Shown: positions 52,520-62,880 of the stretch, piece by piece
Layout: each line of letters starts with the position of its first letter
Numbering within the stretch: the stretch's first letter is position 1
From: a virus
IMG/VR virus record: IMGVR_UViG_3300045988_135371
Span: 1-63,256 of that record
Direction: 5' to 3' (one strand)
Length of the DNA stretch: 63,256 bases
Program-made: the position numbers and the translations under genes
The notes under the pieces: model-generated
Databases searched by the model: none
What the model was told of the DNA's origin: nothing
What the model saw: only the letters and a program-made list of their open reading frames with translations

Positions 52520-52702
52520 TTAGAACCAAACATATTCAATCAGTTTCCCGTTGAACATTTCGCCTCTCGGGCAAAAATTGAAAACCCCGCCTTTCTCATA
52601 AAGGATATATACTTTCCTCTCCATCTTTGCGGCTTTTCTTGCAAGCGAACGCATCTTAGCTATATCTGCCATTCTCTTTTTGTTTTCACACGCACATCCC
52701 AT
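52520..52702 (-). CDS. Hypothetical small protein
   Basis: 60-aa ORF, 1-nt overlap with the upstream gene. Confidence 0.4.
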   Translation of the reverse strand: MGCACENKKRMADIAKMRSLARKAAKMERKVYILYEKGGVFNFCPRGEMFNGKLIEYVWF

Positions 52703-53226
52703 TATAAACCGAATTTTCTAAAATAATCCGCAATACCTTGCTTTATATGCCTTTCCATGAATGCCTTTCTCGCATAAGAACCGACCTTGTAAATCGCCTG
52801 TCCGTATTTCTTTTCTATATCATTGCTAAAACTTATTCCTACACTTTCAATCCTTAATCCCTTATCTGTTGGTACAGCTGTAATAGAATTGTGAAAATCT
52901 CCTGTTATCACAAGATTTGGGGTTCCCTTAGAACTTACCGGAGCATTTATTAATGAAGAATACATAAGCGGAGCTACCCTTTGCTTGAAAGCTGCATAGC
53001 CTTTGGCATTCTTGTACCAATGTCCTGCTTCTTTGGTGTTGAAATACGGGTCATTGAGGTAAGTGGGGCGTAATGGCTTATCATTGCCATTAATACCAGA
53101 CCATAATTGCTCTACGATGTATTGCGAAACTTCCTCTTTATTTTTTACCATAATATCCCGTATCATCGGTTCAAATCCGGTAGCAAACCGTCTGAAATTT
53201 TCTTCTGCTTCAATAATATTCGCCAT
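52702..53226 (-). CDS. Hypothetical head-tail/tail protein
   Basis: 174-aa ORF in the structural module. Confidence 0.5.
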   Translation of the reverse strand: MANIIEAEENFRRFATGFEPMIRDIMVKNKEEVSQYIVEQLWSGINGNDKPLRPTYLNDPYFNTKEAGHWYKNAKGYAAFKQRVAPLMYSSLINAPVSSKGTPNLVITGDFHNSITAVPTDKGLRIESVGISFSNDIEKKYGQAIYKVGSYARKAFMERHIKQGIADYFRKFGL

Positions 53227-53279
53227 AACAGATATAACTTAGGGGCGTTTATTCGCCCCTAATTGAATACACAACACAG

Positions 53280-53474
53280 TTACAATATATAATCATCCTT
53301 CTTTTGCTTGGGTGCATTAGAGGATGTTATATCGTCATAGATGGACGAAAGGGTCTTCTCCCTTTCTTCGGGCGGGCGGTCAAGAAAGAATACATTCTTA
53401 TAAATGTTTATGAAGTCCCTCTTCTTCATACTCTTTACCCTTTCTTCATTAAATGAGATTCCTTCTACTATCAT
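53280..53474 (-). CDS. Small acidic protein (tail assembly chaperone position)
   Basis: The track start is TTG. The ATG at 53474 gives an ATGA overlap with the tail tube-like gene. Confidence 0.4.
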   Translation of the reverse strand: MIVEGISFNEERVKSMKKRDFINIYKNVFFLDRPPEEREKTLSSIYDDITSSNAPKQKKDDYIL

Positions 53475-54304
53475 ACCCAAGCCTCGATACCTGTAATCCC
53501 GGATTCTTGCAATACAGAGGGAGATGCAAGTTTCGCAGTACCTTCGTTTATTGTTATAATGCCGTTTGCATAAGTAACATCTGTTGCATTGGGTAATACA
53601 GTAGTTGCATTCTGTTGCAGCAACTCACCGTAGAATTCCGTAATATCCAGCTTTCCGAAGTGCTCAATAAGTTTGTATTTTTTTTCTTCTATTGATACCA
53701 AATCAACATATACCAATCCCTTCAATGCGTCAACGACATCAAAATCATAGGCTCTCACATCCGCATTCTTGACATATTTCTCGTAGTCCTTGAACATAGT
53801 CGCGATAGTCAGGTTGGCTTCTGTACCGGAAGAATCCCAATCCTGACCGCCCGGATAAACACCTGACAATGGGATGCCTGCCAATGCGTTCGTCCCGTCG
53901 TTCATTCCGTAAATGACATTATTTTCATCGACAAAATAAGCATCGAACGCCACGTTCTTTACCGCCATGAGGTTGGCTTTCAAGCTGGCATCATAGTCCT
54001 GCAAAGTCCATACGTCATTCTTTGCTGAATAGCTCCCGACTTTTGTAGGGCCGTATCCGGTGGCGGAAGGCTGCGCTTCGCCACCGGAAGGAGCGTATTC
54101 CACAATTGTTTTAATCGGGAATATTCTTCCCGGACGGTCTGCATGGCAAGCCTTTTCAAAGGCTTCCGCTGTTTTCTCTGTAGGTATCTTATGACCGTGA
54201 ATAGTCAATATGATAGCTTTTATTTTACCAGGGTCAAGCACACACACGGAACTACCCGTATTAAAAGTTGCAACGCCTGGGCATTTTCTATAGTCTATTG
54301 CCAT
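53471..54304 (-). CDS. Putative major tail protein
   Basis: 277 aa, at the expected position between the head-completion genes and the chaperone/tape measure. Confidence 0.5.
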   Translation of the reverse strand: MAIDYRKCPGVATFNTGSSVCVLDPGKIKAIILTIHGHKIPTEKTAEAFEKACHADRPGRIFPIKTIVEYAPSGGEAQPSATGYGPTKVGSYSAKNDVWTLQDYDASLKANLMAVKNVAFDAYFVDENNVIYGMNDGTNALAGIPLSGVYPGGQDWDSSGTEANLTIATMFKDYEKYVKNADVRAYDFDVVDALKGLVYVDLVSIEEKKYKLIEHFGKLDITEFYGELLQQNATTVLPNATDVTYANGIITINEGTAKLASPSVLQESGITGIEAWV

Positions 54305-54809
54305 AACATTTTACTTCTTTAATGGTTAAATTTACATTTTTCATCTCGATAGCATCAATAAAATCGCTGAAAGGTTTGCCGTCTTCACCTATAACACCAA
54401 CCCTGCCATATCGGTAATTTTCAATATAGGAGTGTGGAACCACATTATCGTAATGACAAACAATATTTATATCTTTCTTGATTTCGTCCAAGAAAAGGCG
54501 ATATATAGGTCGCAAGACCTGTTCAAAGGAAGTCTTTTGCCGGTCTTCGTTTGAATATTCTTTCAAAGTGTTCACCATGATAATAAACTCCAATCCAACC
54601 TCTGTTTGGGCAGAACTTCTATCTTCCGTAAATGGAGAGTAAAGACATATTATAGGAAACTTCAATTTGCTTGTCTTAGGACTTTTGCCCCATAAAGTTA
54701 GTTGATTGCTTATGTAAGCCCAGTCTCCGAATAAAAACGACACATTGCTTCCGTATCTTTTTGATACCTTTTTTACAATGTCCGCAAATATATCATTTAC
54801 TGATTTCAT
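54288..54809 (-). CDS. Head-tail joining / tail completion protein
   Basis: Assigned by position. ATG at 54809 with an ATGA overlap (the track start is TTG). Confidence 0.45.
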   Translation of the reverse strand: MKSVNDIFADIVKKVSKRYGSNVSFLFGDWAYISNQLTLWGKSPKTSKLKFPIICLYSPFTEDRSSAQTEVGLEFIIMVNTLKEYSNEDRQKTSFEQVLRPIYRLFLDEIKKDINIVCHYDNVVPHSYIENYRYGRVGVIGEDGKPFSDFIDAIEMKNVNLTIKEVKCYGNRL

Positions 54810-55300
54810 ATCCCCATACAATTTATTTTACGCAGCATACATGGGTTGAAACATATACCGGCATATTCCTTGCCTTGTAAAAGTTGATAAACACGTTTGT
54901 TCATATTTACCATATCATTCCATGCCCTAATTTGCAAAACTTGTGGAGAAACAGTATCTCCATCAGCAGAGGTTACCGTTCCTACATTTGTAACACTGTA
55001 ATTTCCGTCCGCTATATACTTGAAAAATATATAGCAAGCAATAGGGCTGTATTTTTCTGATAAAAGAGCAAACAGTCTATCCCATTTATTATCAACGCTA
55101 TCGTCTTTTGAATTAAGATAATCGGTAAACGCCTTGCACATATCCTCACCAAGTATAAGAATTAGATATTCCTGTTCATATACAGAAATATATGATTCTA
55201 TTTTATCCAACTCCGCATCTCTTGTTATAGAGGGAGCGCCAGTGTCAGGATTTATCCCGACACTCAGCAACCCAGTGAAAGATTTGTAGTCAACTATCAT
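54806..55300 (-). CDS. Head-tail connector/adaptor protein
   Basis: Assigned by position downstream of the capsid gene. Confidence 0.45.
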   Translation of the reverse strand: MIVDYKSFTGLLSVGINPDTGAPSITRDAELDKIESYISVYEQEYLILILGEDMCKAFTDYLNSKDDSVDNKWDRLFALLSEKYSPIACYIFFKYIADGNYSVTNVGTVTSADGDTVSPQVLQIRAWNDMVNMNKRVYQLLQGKEYAGICFNPCMLRKINCMGI

Positions 55301-55527
55301 ACCGTATCTTTTCTTGCAGATTTACGTTTGGTAAACAACTCCTCGCAACCCAACATTTTGGCGTCGTTAATCAGTTCGTTTGTCGCTTCAATTTTACCTT
55401 CCGCATAAAATTTGCTTGCAAGCGCCATACCGACTGACACTTCATCACCAGCCTTATATTTCACACCATCTTTGATAAATGTTACTTTATAGCGTTTCGT
55501 CAAATTAATTCTATATTCTTTTGCCAT
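55297..55527 (-). CDS. Small head-associated protein
   Basis: 76 aa, directly after the capsid gene. Confidence 0.45.
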   Translation of the reverse strand: MAKEYRINLTKRYKVTFIKDGVKYKAGDEVSVGMALASKFYAEGKIEATNELINDAKMLGCEELFTKRKSARKDTV

Positions 55528-55530
55528 TTT

Positions 55531-56874
55531 TTATCCTCCTACTCCTTGAGTGATACCTTCTATTACAGTAGCAAATGTGTCCTTTACAAATGCGGTCTTA
55601 TATTGCGACTTGATATAACACATCAGTCTCTTCTCTGCGATTACAGTCACGATATTCTTACGGAAATCGTCATTTTCCCATCCCATAGTAATAGACAATG
55701 CCCACAAGTCGCGAATATTCAAATATGAGAAATCTCCCATGATAAAATCACCTTGTTCTATCGCCGTAGTCGTTTCGACACGTAATCCTTGAATAAGCTC
55801 ATCTCCATAACGGAACGGGCGCAGATACTGCCCATTAGCATCCTTAGCTAACTGCATAGCCGCATAATCCAATGGGTTCATCAATACAAGGTTGGGACGA
55901 TATGCCATTTCGCTGGTAGATACAATTTGCGAATAAGCCGCCACAAGAGCATCAAACATGTTCGGTCTTTCAACGTAGAAAGTGGAAAGAGAAAATGCCG
56001 GCATATCTGAAGCAACTCCTTTTATTTCCCCACTGGAACCATTGCCTGACAAAATACCCTGTTCTTCTTTTATACCAAGTTTGTTTATCATTTCCGTTTC
56101 AACTTCATTGACGAAACTTGGGAAGTCAGACAAGGTTTCTTCTGTAAACTTGGCGGCAATTGCAACTTTGGCGGCCGTCACCGTTTTTTCCGTCAATGTC
56201 GCATCCATAAGGGGCTTTAATCCACCCTCAGGAACCCATGCAGCATCCCCATCCTTGCTTGTGTATTCCGCATAAACCAAAGCCCGATTGTTGGTGCTCG
56301 ATACATTTGCATATTTCCGAATGACAGTCTGCGCTCTCGGATTGACTGATAAATTTGGGTCAACCTCAATCCCGTAATGCGGAGCAAGAGACCCGGAAGT
56401 AATAGTCGCGGCATCTTTCTTTTCCAACACAAGATTTAATCCCAACTTATTGCCGGGAGCCGCCTGGCAAGCCGATTTCAAATCGAGGGACATAATACCT
56501 TTCTTGTCTGCGGTAATATACTCCTTGAGCTGTTCGTGTAGCTGCTCATAAACGGATTTAATCTTTACCTCTCCGTTTTTACCCACTTCAGTAGAAGCCT
56601 TTACACGTAAAATGGCATTCTCCAGTTCATTAACCTTCTCCTCGAAAGTCTTTTTGTCAATGCCGGCAAAATCCTTTTCCTTGATGTCGTTTATGGAATC
56701 AGCGGCATCCTTTATGGATTTGCGCAAATCTTCCAGTTTAACTTCATCCGAAAGATAGCCTTTCACTTGTTTTTCAAAAGCTTCTCCCATTTTTTCGTCC
56801 AAAGATTCAAAAAACTTTTTGTTTTCTTCAGACAGACCGGATGTGTCCATAAGTTCTAAAAATCCTAATTTCAT
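55531..56874 (-). CDS. Major capsid protein (HK97-fold family)
   Basis: 447 aa after the prohead protease, with an N-terminal coiled delta-domain-like region. Confidence 0.8.
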   Translation of the reverse strand: MKLGFLELMDTSGLSEENKKFFESLDEKMGEAFEKQVKGYLSDEVKLEDLRKSIKDAADSINDIKEKDFAGIDKKTFEEKVNELENAILRVKASTEVGKNGEVKIKSVYEQLHEQLKEYITADKKGIMSLDLKSACQAAPGNKLGLNLVLEKKDAATITSGSLAPHYGIEVDPNLSVNPRAQTVIRKYANVSSTNNRALVYAEYTSKDGDAAWVPEGGLKPLMDATLTEKTVTAAKVAIAAKFTEETLSDFPSFVNEVETEMINKLGIKEEQGILSGNGSSGEIKGVASDMPAFSLSTFYVERPNMFDALVAAYSQIVSTSEMAYRPNLVLMNPLDYAAMQLAKDANGQYLRPFRYGDELIQGLRVETTTAIEQGDFIMGDFSYLNIRDLWALSITMGWENDDFRKNIVTVIAEKRLMCYIKSQYKTAFVKDTFATVIEGITQGVGG

Positions 56875-57617
56875 ACCGATTTTAGTTTTAATAAATTACA
56901 TAATGATTTTTCTTCCGTTTTGCCATTACTGCCGGCTTCCTTCTCTTTGGGTGGAACTGGTATAACACTGTCCGGCCTAAAAGATGCAAGTGACATTGCT
57001 TTGGCTATAATTTTTTGCAAACGCAGTTGCTTAGACATACTCATATTTTTACATAACGAGGAAATTTCACTGCTTAAATCCTTATAAGAATTTTCATAGT
57101 CTTCAATTGACTTCAACCCCAGATACTCGGTTTCCCCATTGCAACCTATCGACACGATGGAAACCTCATAAAGTTTCACTTCGCCAACAAGGAAGTCATC
57201 TCCGGTCTCATTGTAACCGCATTTTTCCCACACATAACTGAACCCTATCGAGAACTGGTTGAGTGTCCCGGATTCCAGCTGTTTTATGGCACGGTCTCCA
57301 AGGTCAATCTCATCTATCCGCGCCTCGAAGTAGAGACCCTTATCGTCTTCCCTCAGTTCTGTAATGGCACCGATAGGCTCGCTCATGTCATGCATCCACA
57401 ACAGCAGTATCTTGTCATTCGCACCGCTCTGCGGCCCACGTTCCTGGATGCTTTTTGCAAAACAACCTTTCAGAAGGACATCGCCCGCCTTGTCCCGGTT
57501 ACCGAACACCGCCGCATATCCGCTTATCGTCCGGCTTCCGGGGCTATATTGGACATCTTTTGAGTTAATGGAGAATAATTTATATTGCATCCCCATTTTA
57601 TCTTTGTATTTATTCAT
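56871..57617 (-). CDS. HK97-family prohead protease
   Basis: ISGYAAVFGNRDKAGDVLLKGCF ... LLWMHD ... PIG. Start placed at ATG 57617, overlapping the portal stop (the track start is TTG). Confidence 0.8.
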   Translation of the reverse strand: MNKYKDKMGMQYKLFSINSKDVQYSPGSRTISGYAAVFGNRDKAGDVLLKGCFAKSIQERGPQSGANDKILLLWMHDMSEPIGAITELREDDKGLYFEARIDEIDLGDRAIKQLESGTLNQFSIGFSYVWEKCGYNETGDDFLVGEVKLYEVSIVSIGCNGETEYLGLKSIEDYENSYKDLSSEISSLCKNMSMSKQLRLQKIIAKAMSLASFRPDSVIPVPPKEKEAGSNGKTEEKSLCNLLKLKSV

Positions 57618-58974
57618 CTTTGTTTCCATTCTCTTTGCTGTTATTGATGTTGTTCTCAGAAGATACGCTGCTTGCTGTATTGTTGTCAAAATCTCCCTTG
57701 GGATTATCCGGATCAATGTCTATATATCTTGCGATTTCTACACGGGCTTCATCATGCGTTATCAAAGACTTGTCCAATAACCTTTGCATGGCATCGGCCA
57801 CTTTAACCAATGTATTCGCTTCTGCTTCTTTGTTAGTTTGAAGACATTCAACGTCTGCAAAATCAATCTTAATAAAAACACCCTCTGGGCATATAGCTTT
57901 TGAAAGACATTCTGCTATCTTTCGGCTATCTGGAATAATCACATCTTGATAAGCCTTTTTTCCAGCGCTTTCAAGATTATCATATTTGGCATCCGTGAAC
58001 AGGTTGGCATTTATTCCCATTGCATTGGCAATCTTATCCGTACATCTTTTATCCTCTTCATGAAGCTTTAATTTATCGGCATCAAAATCAAGGGGAAGCC
58101 ATCCTAATTTATAACGTGTCACCAAAATGGGGTATTCCTTGTTCACCAAGCCGTAATCGCGTTTAAAACTGTCTTTTATCTCCTTTTCATCTTCTGAAGA
58201 AAGAGCAACATTACCCATTTGGTCTGTGTAGTCGTTATAGAGTACGCCTTTGGGGCCGCCGTTTACAAGTAATGTATAGCTTGCCGACATGGAAGCTATC
58301 CAGTTGGATATAGGCTGAGACAAACTGTCTGAAACTGACTCGAATTTAACATCTGCACTCCTGCCGCTCTCAACAAGGATATTGCTGTCATATACTATTA
58401 TGTATTCATAATCTTCCAATTCCATCCGCCGTCCGTTGCAGTCAATATATGCACTCGATACAATGTCCCTCAATTCATACTGACGAAACACTTTACCCGT
58501 TCCCTCTATATGGAATATTTCAGGGGGAACTATCCACATCGCTTTGGGAACGCTTTTTCCTGTGGCCCTCACAAGAACAATAGGACAATATCCGAAAACT
58601 TTAAGGCATATCTCAGCCTGCTTTACAAACGAAGAAAATGTTTGCAACGGATTGGGATTGTGGAGAATATTTCGTATATCAGCATAAGTTCTTTTTTCAT
58701 TCCCGTCTTTATCAACAACGTAAGGAACACCACGGGACATCATGGAACCGATTTTATCAACTACAGTAAAAAAAGGAGTGCAAGAAATAAGCGCCTCAGC
58801 TTTATCTGAATTATTAGTCATGTCATAATATACTTTCCATCTGGAACGAGTACCAAATAAATCAGATAAAAACCAGTAGTTTCCTGCTGCATCCTTTTCT
58901 ACCCGATTTACACTGTCATACATCGGAATAGATTTTCTATTTTTCGGCTTCCAAATTTTAGTAAATATGCCCAT
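57610..58974 (-). CDS. Portal protein
   Basis: About 454 aa between the terminase and the protease. The track start is TTG, so ATG 58974 is used. Confidence 0.8.
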   Translation of the reverse strand: MGIFTKIWKPKNRKSIPMYDSVNRVEKDAAGNYWFLSDLFGTRSRWKVYYDMTNNSDKAEALISCTPFFTVVDKIGSMMSRGVPYVVDKDGNEKRTYADIRNILHNPNPLQTFSSFVKQAEICLKVFGYCPIVLVRATGKSVPKAMWIVPPEIFHIEGTGKVFRQYELRDIVSSAYIDCNGRRMELEDYEYIIVYDSNILVESGRSADVKFESVSDSLSQPISNWIASMSASYTLLVNGGPKGVLYNDYTDQMGNVALSSEDEKEIKDSFKRDYGLVNKEYPILVTRYKLGWLPLDFDADKLKLHEEDKRCTDKIANAMGINANLFTDAKYDNLESAGKKAYQDVIIPDSRKIAECLSKAICPEGVFIKIDFADVECLQTNKEAEANTLVKVADAMQRLLDKSLITHDEARVEIARYIDIDPDNPKGDFDNNTASSVSSENNINNSKENGNKDE

Positions 58975-59086
58975 ATACAAAGCAGGAGTGACAGCAAATG
59001 AATGCGGCCACTCCCATATATTTAGTGTTTTAGTCCATTTATACGGTTGCGTGCAACTTCACACGCTTGTAGTGACCCTACGGGTG

Positions 59087-59118
59087 CAAATATATATATT
59101 ATTTAGACTAATTCCAAA
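59087..59118 (-). promoter_or_regulatory. Late promoter copy P2 (-33 TTTG, -7 TATATTTG)
   Basis: Minus strand reads TTATTTGGAATTAGTCTAAATAATATATATATTTGC with a 20-nt spacer. Lies between terL and portal. Confidence 0.65.
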
Positions 59119-59139
59119 TAACAAACAATCTTTTTTCGA

Positions 59140-61020
59140 TTACTTTTTTAATTTTCTTTTTATCCTATCCGCTATACAGCACAATACATACATTGCTTCA
59201 TATACGTCCTTGCCATCGTAATCCATTAGATTACGCATAAACAATGACATCTTATTGTCTCTCTTAAATTTAAATCCTCGGACTAATCCTCGAAAGGCTT
59301 CAATATAAGCTATTTTCCCTGCATTCTCCTGTCTTGCCCAGACATCTCCTATTTCTGCTCTATAATCGCGTACATAATGAAGCATCGCCTGCGAAACCTC
59401 AATGTTCACATCTGCACCTGATACAAATGTCTTAACCGCTTCGATAGGAAGCGGCTCTCCTATGTATGCGTCGTCCACATATACCGCCCCATCCACTATG
59501 TACGCTTTAGCATGGACGAATCTTCCATTAAGCAGTGGATGTATTTCTACAATCGGAATACCGGAGAGAACCGCCGCACCGTCATCATAACTGTCATATT
59601 CAAATTCCCCACGCTTTTCAACAGTTCCGGTAAGAGCATCCGCACCGTCATCATGTGCATTCTTCCCGAACTTCCTGAAAGACTTTATCTCCGCATGAAA
59701 TTCCGGGAAAAGAGTTTCCCAGCCTTCAGGCATGTATGTGAGGTTCATCACTTCGGCAGAGCGGGTGAAAATTCTCACCTCTTTATTTCCGGATTGGTGG
59801 AACCATTTTATTTCTGTTTCATCATTTCCGATGATACGTGATTGCTTCTCCACGTTTCGGGCAAAGCCACGCCCGCCGTTATTGCTTTCGATATTAGCCA
59901 CGGTTATTCCGTCCTTAGCAAGCATGGTTGCAACTTTCGGCTCCGTAACTTCCATAGGAGCATCCGTATATAGAACATTTAAAATGAAGTTGCCGATTTC
60001 TGTATCTATGTAATCTATGGAACATAGCTTGTCTATGCCTGTATCAGCAGTATCGGTGTAGTTCTTCCGGATAGCCCGGTTGGTGTATGGTATTTCCTTA
60101 TAAGTTTTGAATACGCCATACATAAGTCCCACCATCGGGGTGGGATTTTGCATGTATTGCGTCTCAAAGGTAAAAGGGTTTATTTTATTAAGGTGGTGCA
60201 ATTCATTTAGCGTATGCTTGAAATCCCATAGAGGCACTTCCTTCCCATTCGCTTCATTCTCTATGGCAGGCAGTGAGAGGACAGTCCATTCGCCGGGTTC
60301 TGTCTTCATAAGATAACCGCACAAGTCGTTTTCATGCAGCCGTTGCATAATGATAATAATAGGTGTGTTCCTGCTGTTTACACGGTTACGTATGGTTGTT
60401 TCAAACCGCTGGTTGATTTTCTCTCTCTTTACATCAGATAGAGCGTCTTCCGGTTTGATTGGATCGTCTATCACAATAGCACCGGCAAATTTTGTTCCTT
60501 TTGATATGCTGTCTATTTCCGCCCCTATTTCCTTATCATCTATATCGTCTACCTCTCCGGCGCCAAACCCCGTTATCTGCCCGCCTGTTGATACGGCATA
60601 TACACCACCGCCAGCAGTGGTATTCCATTTCTTCTTACTATCCGTACCTCGCTTTATCTGAACATACGGAAATAGCCGCTGATACTCTTCCGATTTAACG
60701 ATGTCCCTTATCTCTTCTGAATTATCATGGGCTAAATCGTCAGAGTATGAAAGGTGGATGAATTTGGAAGAAGGGTTGAGCGCCAGCCCGTAAGATATGA
60801 AGTTTTTTACAGCCAGTTCCGTCTTCCCATAACGTGGTGCAATATTGATTATCAGCTTTCGGATTTTTCCGGAAATGACATCATCCAGCGCATTGCATAT
60901 ACGTTTGTGATGCCTGCTTACCACAAATTTGCGCCCTGTTTTACTTTTAAAGAAAAATTTTGTGTAATTGAGAACGCCCGACATACAAAATGCTTGTAGA
61001 TACCGTACACCGTCCATCAT
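59140..61020 (-). CDS. terL: Terminase large subunit
   Basis: 626 aa, Walker-A-like APRYGKTE, followed by the portal gene. Confidence 0.85.
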   Translation of the reverse strand: MMDGVRYLQAFCMSGVLNYTKFFFKSKTGRKFVVSRHHKRICNALDDVISGKIRKLIINIAPRYGKTELAVKNFISYGLALNPSSKFIHLSYSDDLAHDNSEEIRDIVKSEEYQRLFPYVQIKRGTDSKKKWNTTAGGGVYAVSTGGQITGFGAGEVDDIDDKEIGAEIDSISKGTKFAGAIVIDDPIKPEDALSDVKREKINQRFETTIRNRVNSRNTPIIIIMQRLHENDLCGYLMKTEPGEWTVLSLPAIENEANGKEVPLWDFKHTLNELHHLNKINPFTFETQYMQNPTPMVGLMYGVFKTYKEIPYTNRAIRKNYTDTADTGIDKLCSIDYIDTEIGNFILNVLYTDAPMEVTEPKVATMLAKDGITVANIESNNGGRGFARNVEKQSRIIGNDETEIKWFHQSGNKEVRIFTRSAEVMNLTYMPEGWETLFPEFHAEIKSFRKFGKNAHDDGADALTGTVEKRGEFEYDSYDDGAAVLSGIPIVEIHPLLNGRFVHAKAYIVDGAVYVDDAYIGEPLPIEAVKTFVSGADVNIEVSQAMLHYVRDYRAEIGDVWARQENAGKIAYIEAFRGLVRGFKFKRDNKMSLFMRNLMDYDGKDVYEAMYVLCCIADRIKRKLKK

Positions 61021-61565
61021 AGCTTTTCTATCAGTTTCTTTGCTTCCTCGACACTTATAGGTTTGCTGGTATTCATCTCTATTTCGGTGGGTTCATCAAA
61101 TCCGAGCATCTTACATATACGCTCAATAGCCTTTATCTTATCATAAAGTTCTATCTTCACATATTCAACATCTACAATCTCCGGGTTATCACTTGTTCCG
61201 ACATTCTTTTTCAATATTTTGGTTGAAATGCTTTTTATGGCTGATTTCTCTTTGTCAGAGAGTTCATCAAATTCTTTACGCTCTATCCATGTATTGTGCA
61301 TGCTGGCAATGGATGAGAAAGCTATACCGGACAATTCTTGCAAAATGCGTTCTTTGGTTATGTCTGACTTGTTTTTTTGTTCTTCCTGCAACTCTTTGAC
61401 CCTTTGGGCTACCTTTGGGTTGGACAACAACTTACAAGATTCTTCCCACACTTGTTTATCTTTCATCTTCTCGCACGAATAGGCACGACGATAGGCATCG
61501 GAAGTATTACCGCTTTCGATGTAGTAGTTGCAAAAATTCTCTTGTTTGATTGTAAGTCCTTTCAT
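61017..61565 (-). CDS. terS: Terminase small subunit (P27-family-like)
   Basis: LTIKQENFCNYYIESGNTSDAYRRAY...LLSNPKVAQRV. ATGA overlap with terL. Confidence 0.75.
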   Translation of the reverse strand: MKGLTIKQENFCNYYIESGNTSDAYRRAYSCEKMKDKQVWEESCKLLSNPKVAQRVKELQEEQKNKSDITKERILQELSGIAFSSIASMHNTWIERKEFDELSDKEKSAIKSISTKILKKNVGTSDNPEIVDVEYVKIELYDKIKAIERICKMLGFDEPTEIEMNTSKPISVEEAKKLIEKL

Positions 61566-61651
61566 GTCTTTTCGTTAGTATGGGAAGCATGCCACTTGAC
61601 ATGCTTTTGCAAAGATAATAAATCATTACCAATAATCCTACTTTTTTACAT

Positions 61652-62860
61652 TTATAAATTATTAGTGATATTCACATAATCAATAACCTTACGATTGGCT
61701 TCGTCCACCTTCCGCATATCGAATCGGATATAGATGTCGGTCGTAGTACTGTTCGCCCAGCTATGCCCAAGTGCATGGGCTATTACTTCCTTTGGAATAT
61801 CAAGTTCCGCCGCTATTGTAGCCCAAGTATGGCGGCTCCAGTATGAGGACAAATCAGGGAATAGGGGATTTCTGCTCTTTTTCCCGCCCAATCCTTTCCT
61901 CTCTGTCTCTCCAATCTGTTTTAACCCTATTCCCATACGATGCAGGAAATCCTTGTAATTTCCGTATTCGTCCATTATATTAAGAAGATAATCCTTCCCT
62001 TTGTATTTCTCGATTATAGCCTGCGCTTCCGGTTCCACTTTTATACTGTATAATTTCCCCGTCTTAACCCTTTTATATTCAAAACGGCCATTTACCAATG
62101 CGGAATGTTTTGCGTTGAACAAATCGGCTGCATTTACCCCTATAAGGTAAAACATGAGCATGAACATATCCCTATATCTAATCTGGTATTCCTCACATGG
62201 ATAATCTCTCAATAACCTAAGTTGCTCTGCTGTAAGACTACGTTTCCGGGTTTCCTCTTTCTTTATTGAAAATCTTCTGAATGGATACAATGTTGTGTAC
62301 TCCTCATCAATGGCGTAGTTGAATACACTACGTATGTTCCGTAAATGAATAGCGTAGGCATTAACCTTCATCGTCTTTGCCATCCACGCTTCAAAGTTTT
62401 CCAGCCATGATTTATCCATGCTCTCAAAAGTACAATGACTATCGTATTCCTCAATCTTGTTTCTTGTGGTTGCATATATAGACTTAGTCCCCTGATTGGT
62501 TTTCTTGGAAACGAATTCATCAAGATAATAGAGAAACGTTTTTTGATTTTCAACCTTGCTACTTATAGCGTCCTCTATCAACTTCTTCAACGTTTTGTCT
62601 GTAGTTGATTTCAACTTTCCTTGTTGCTCTAAAGTAAATATTACCATTTCCGCCTTATTGATTATTTCACGAGCGACTATATTTCTCGGCTTGTAATTCC
62701 GTGCACGTGCGGAATATTCGTTCCCGTTCCATTCTGTTTCCAATGCGCTTAACTGCGTGGCTATCACCATTCGTTTGTTATGGGACACATTCAACTTTAT
62801 AGGATAAGTACCATCATTTTTTTGCCTTCTTTTGTCAAGGAAGAATTTAACTGTTGCCAT
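61652..62860 (-). CDS. int: Tyrosine integrase (Bacteroidetes IntDOT-like architecture)
   Basis: N-terminal arm-binding-type MATVKFFLDKRRQKNDGTYPIKL. Catalytic WSRHTWAT, LGHS...TTDIYI. Adjacent to att. The track start is TTG, so ATG 62860 is used. Confidence 0.9.
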   Translation of the reverse strand: MATVKFFLDKRRQKNDGTYPIKLNVSHNKRMVIATQLSALETEWNGNEYSARARNYKPRNIVAREIINKAEMVIFTLEQQGKLKSTTDKTLKKLIEDAISSKVENQKTFLYYLDEFVSKKTNQGTKSIYATTRNKIEEYDSHCTFESMDKSWLENFEAWMAKTMKVNAYAIHLRNIRSVFNYAIDEEYTTLYPFRRFSIKKEETRKRSLTAEQLRLLRDYPCEEYQIRYRDMFMLMFYLIGVNAADLFNAKHSALVNGRFEYKRVKTGKLYSIKVEPEAQAIIEKYKGKDYLLNIMDEYGNYKDFLHRMGIGLKQIGETERKGLGGKKSRNPLFPDLSSYWSRHTWATIAAELDIPKEVIAHALGHSWANSTTTDIYIRFDMRKVDEANRKVIDYVNITNNL

Positions 62861-62880
62861 ATAAACATAAATTTTAGTTT

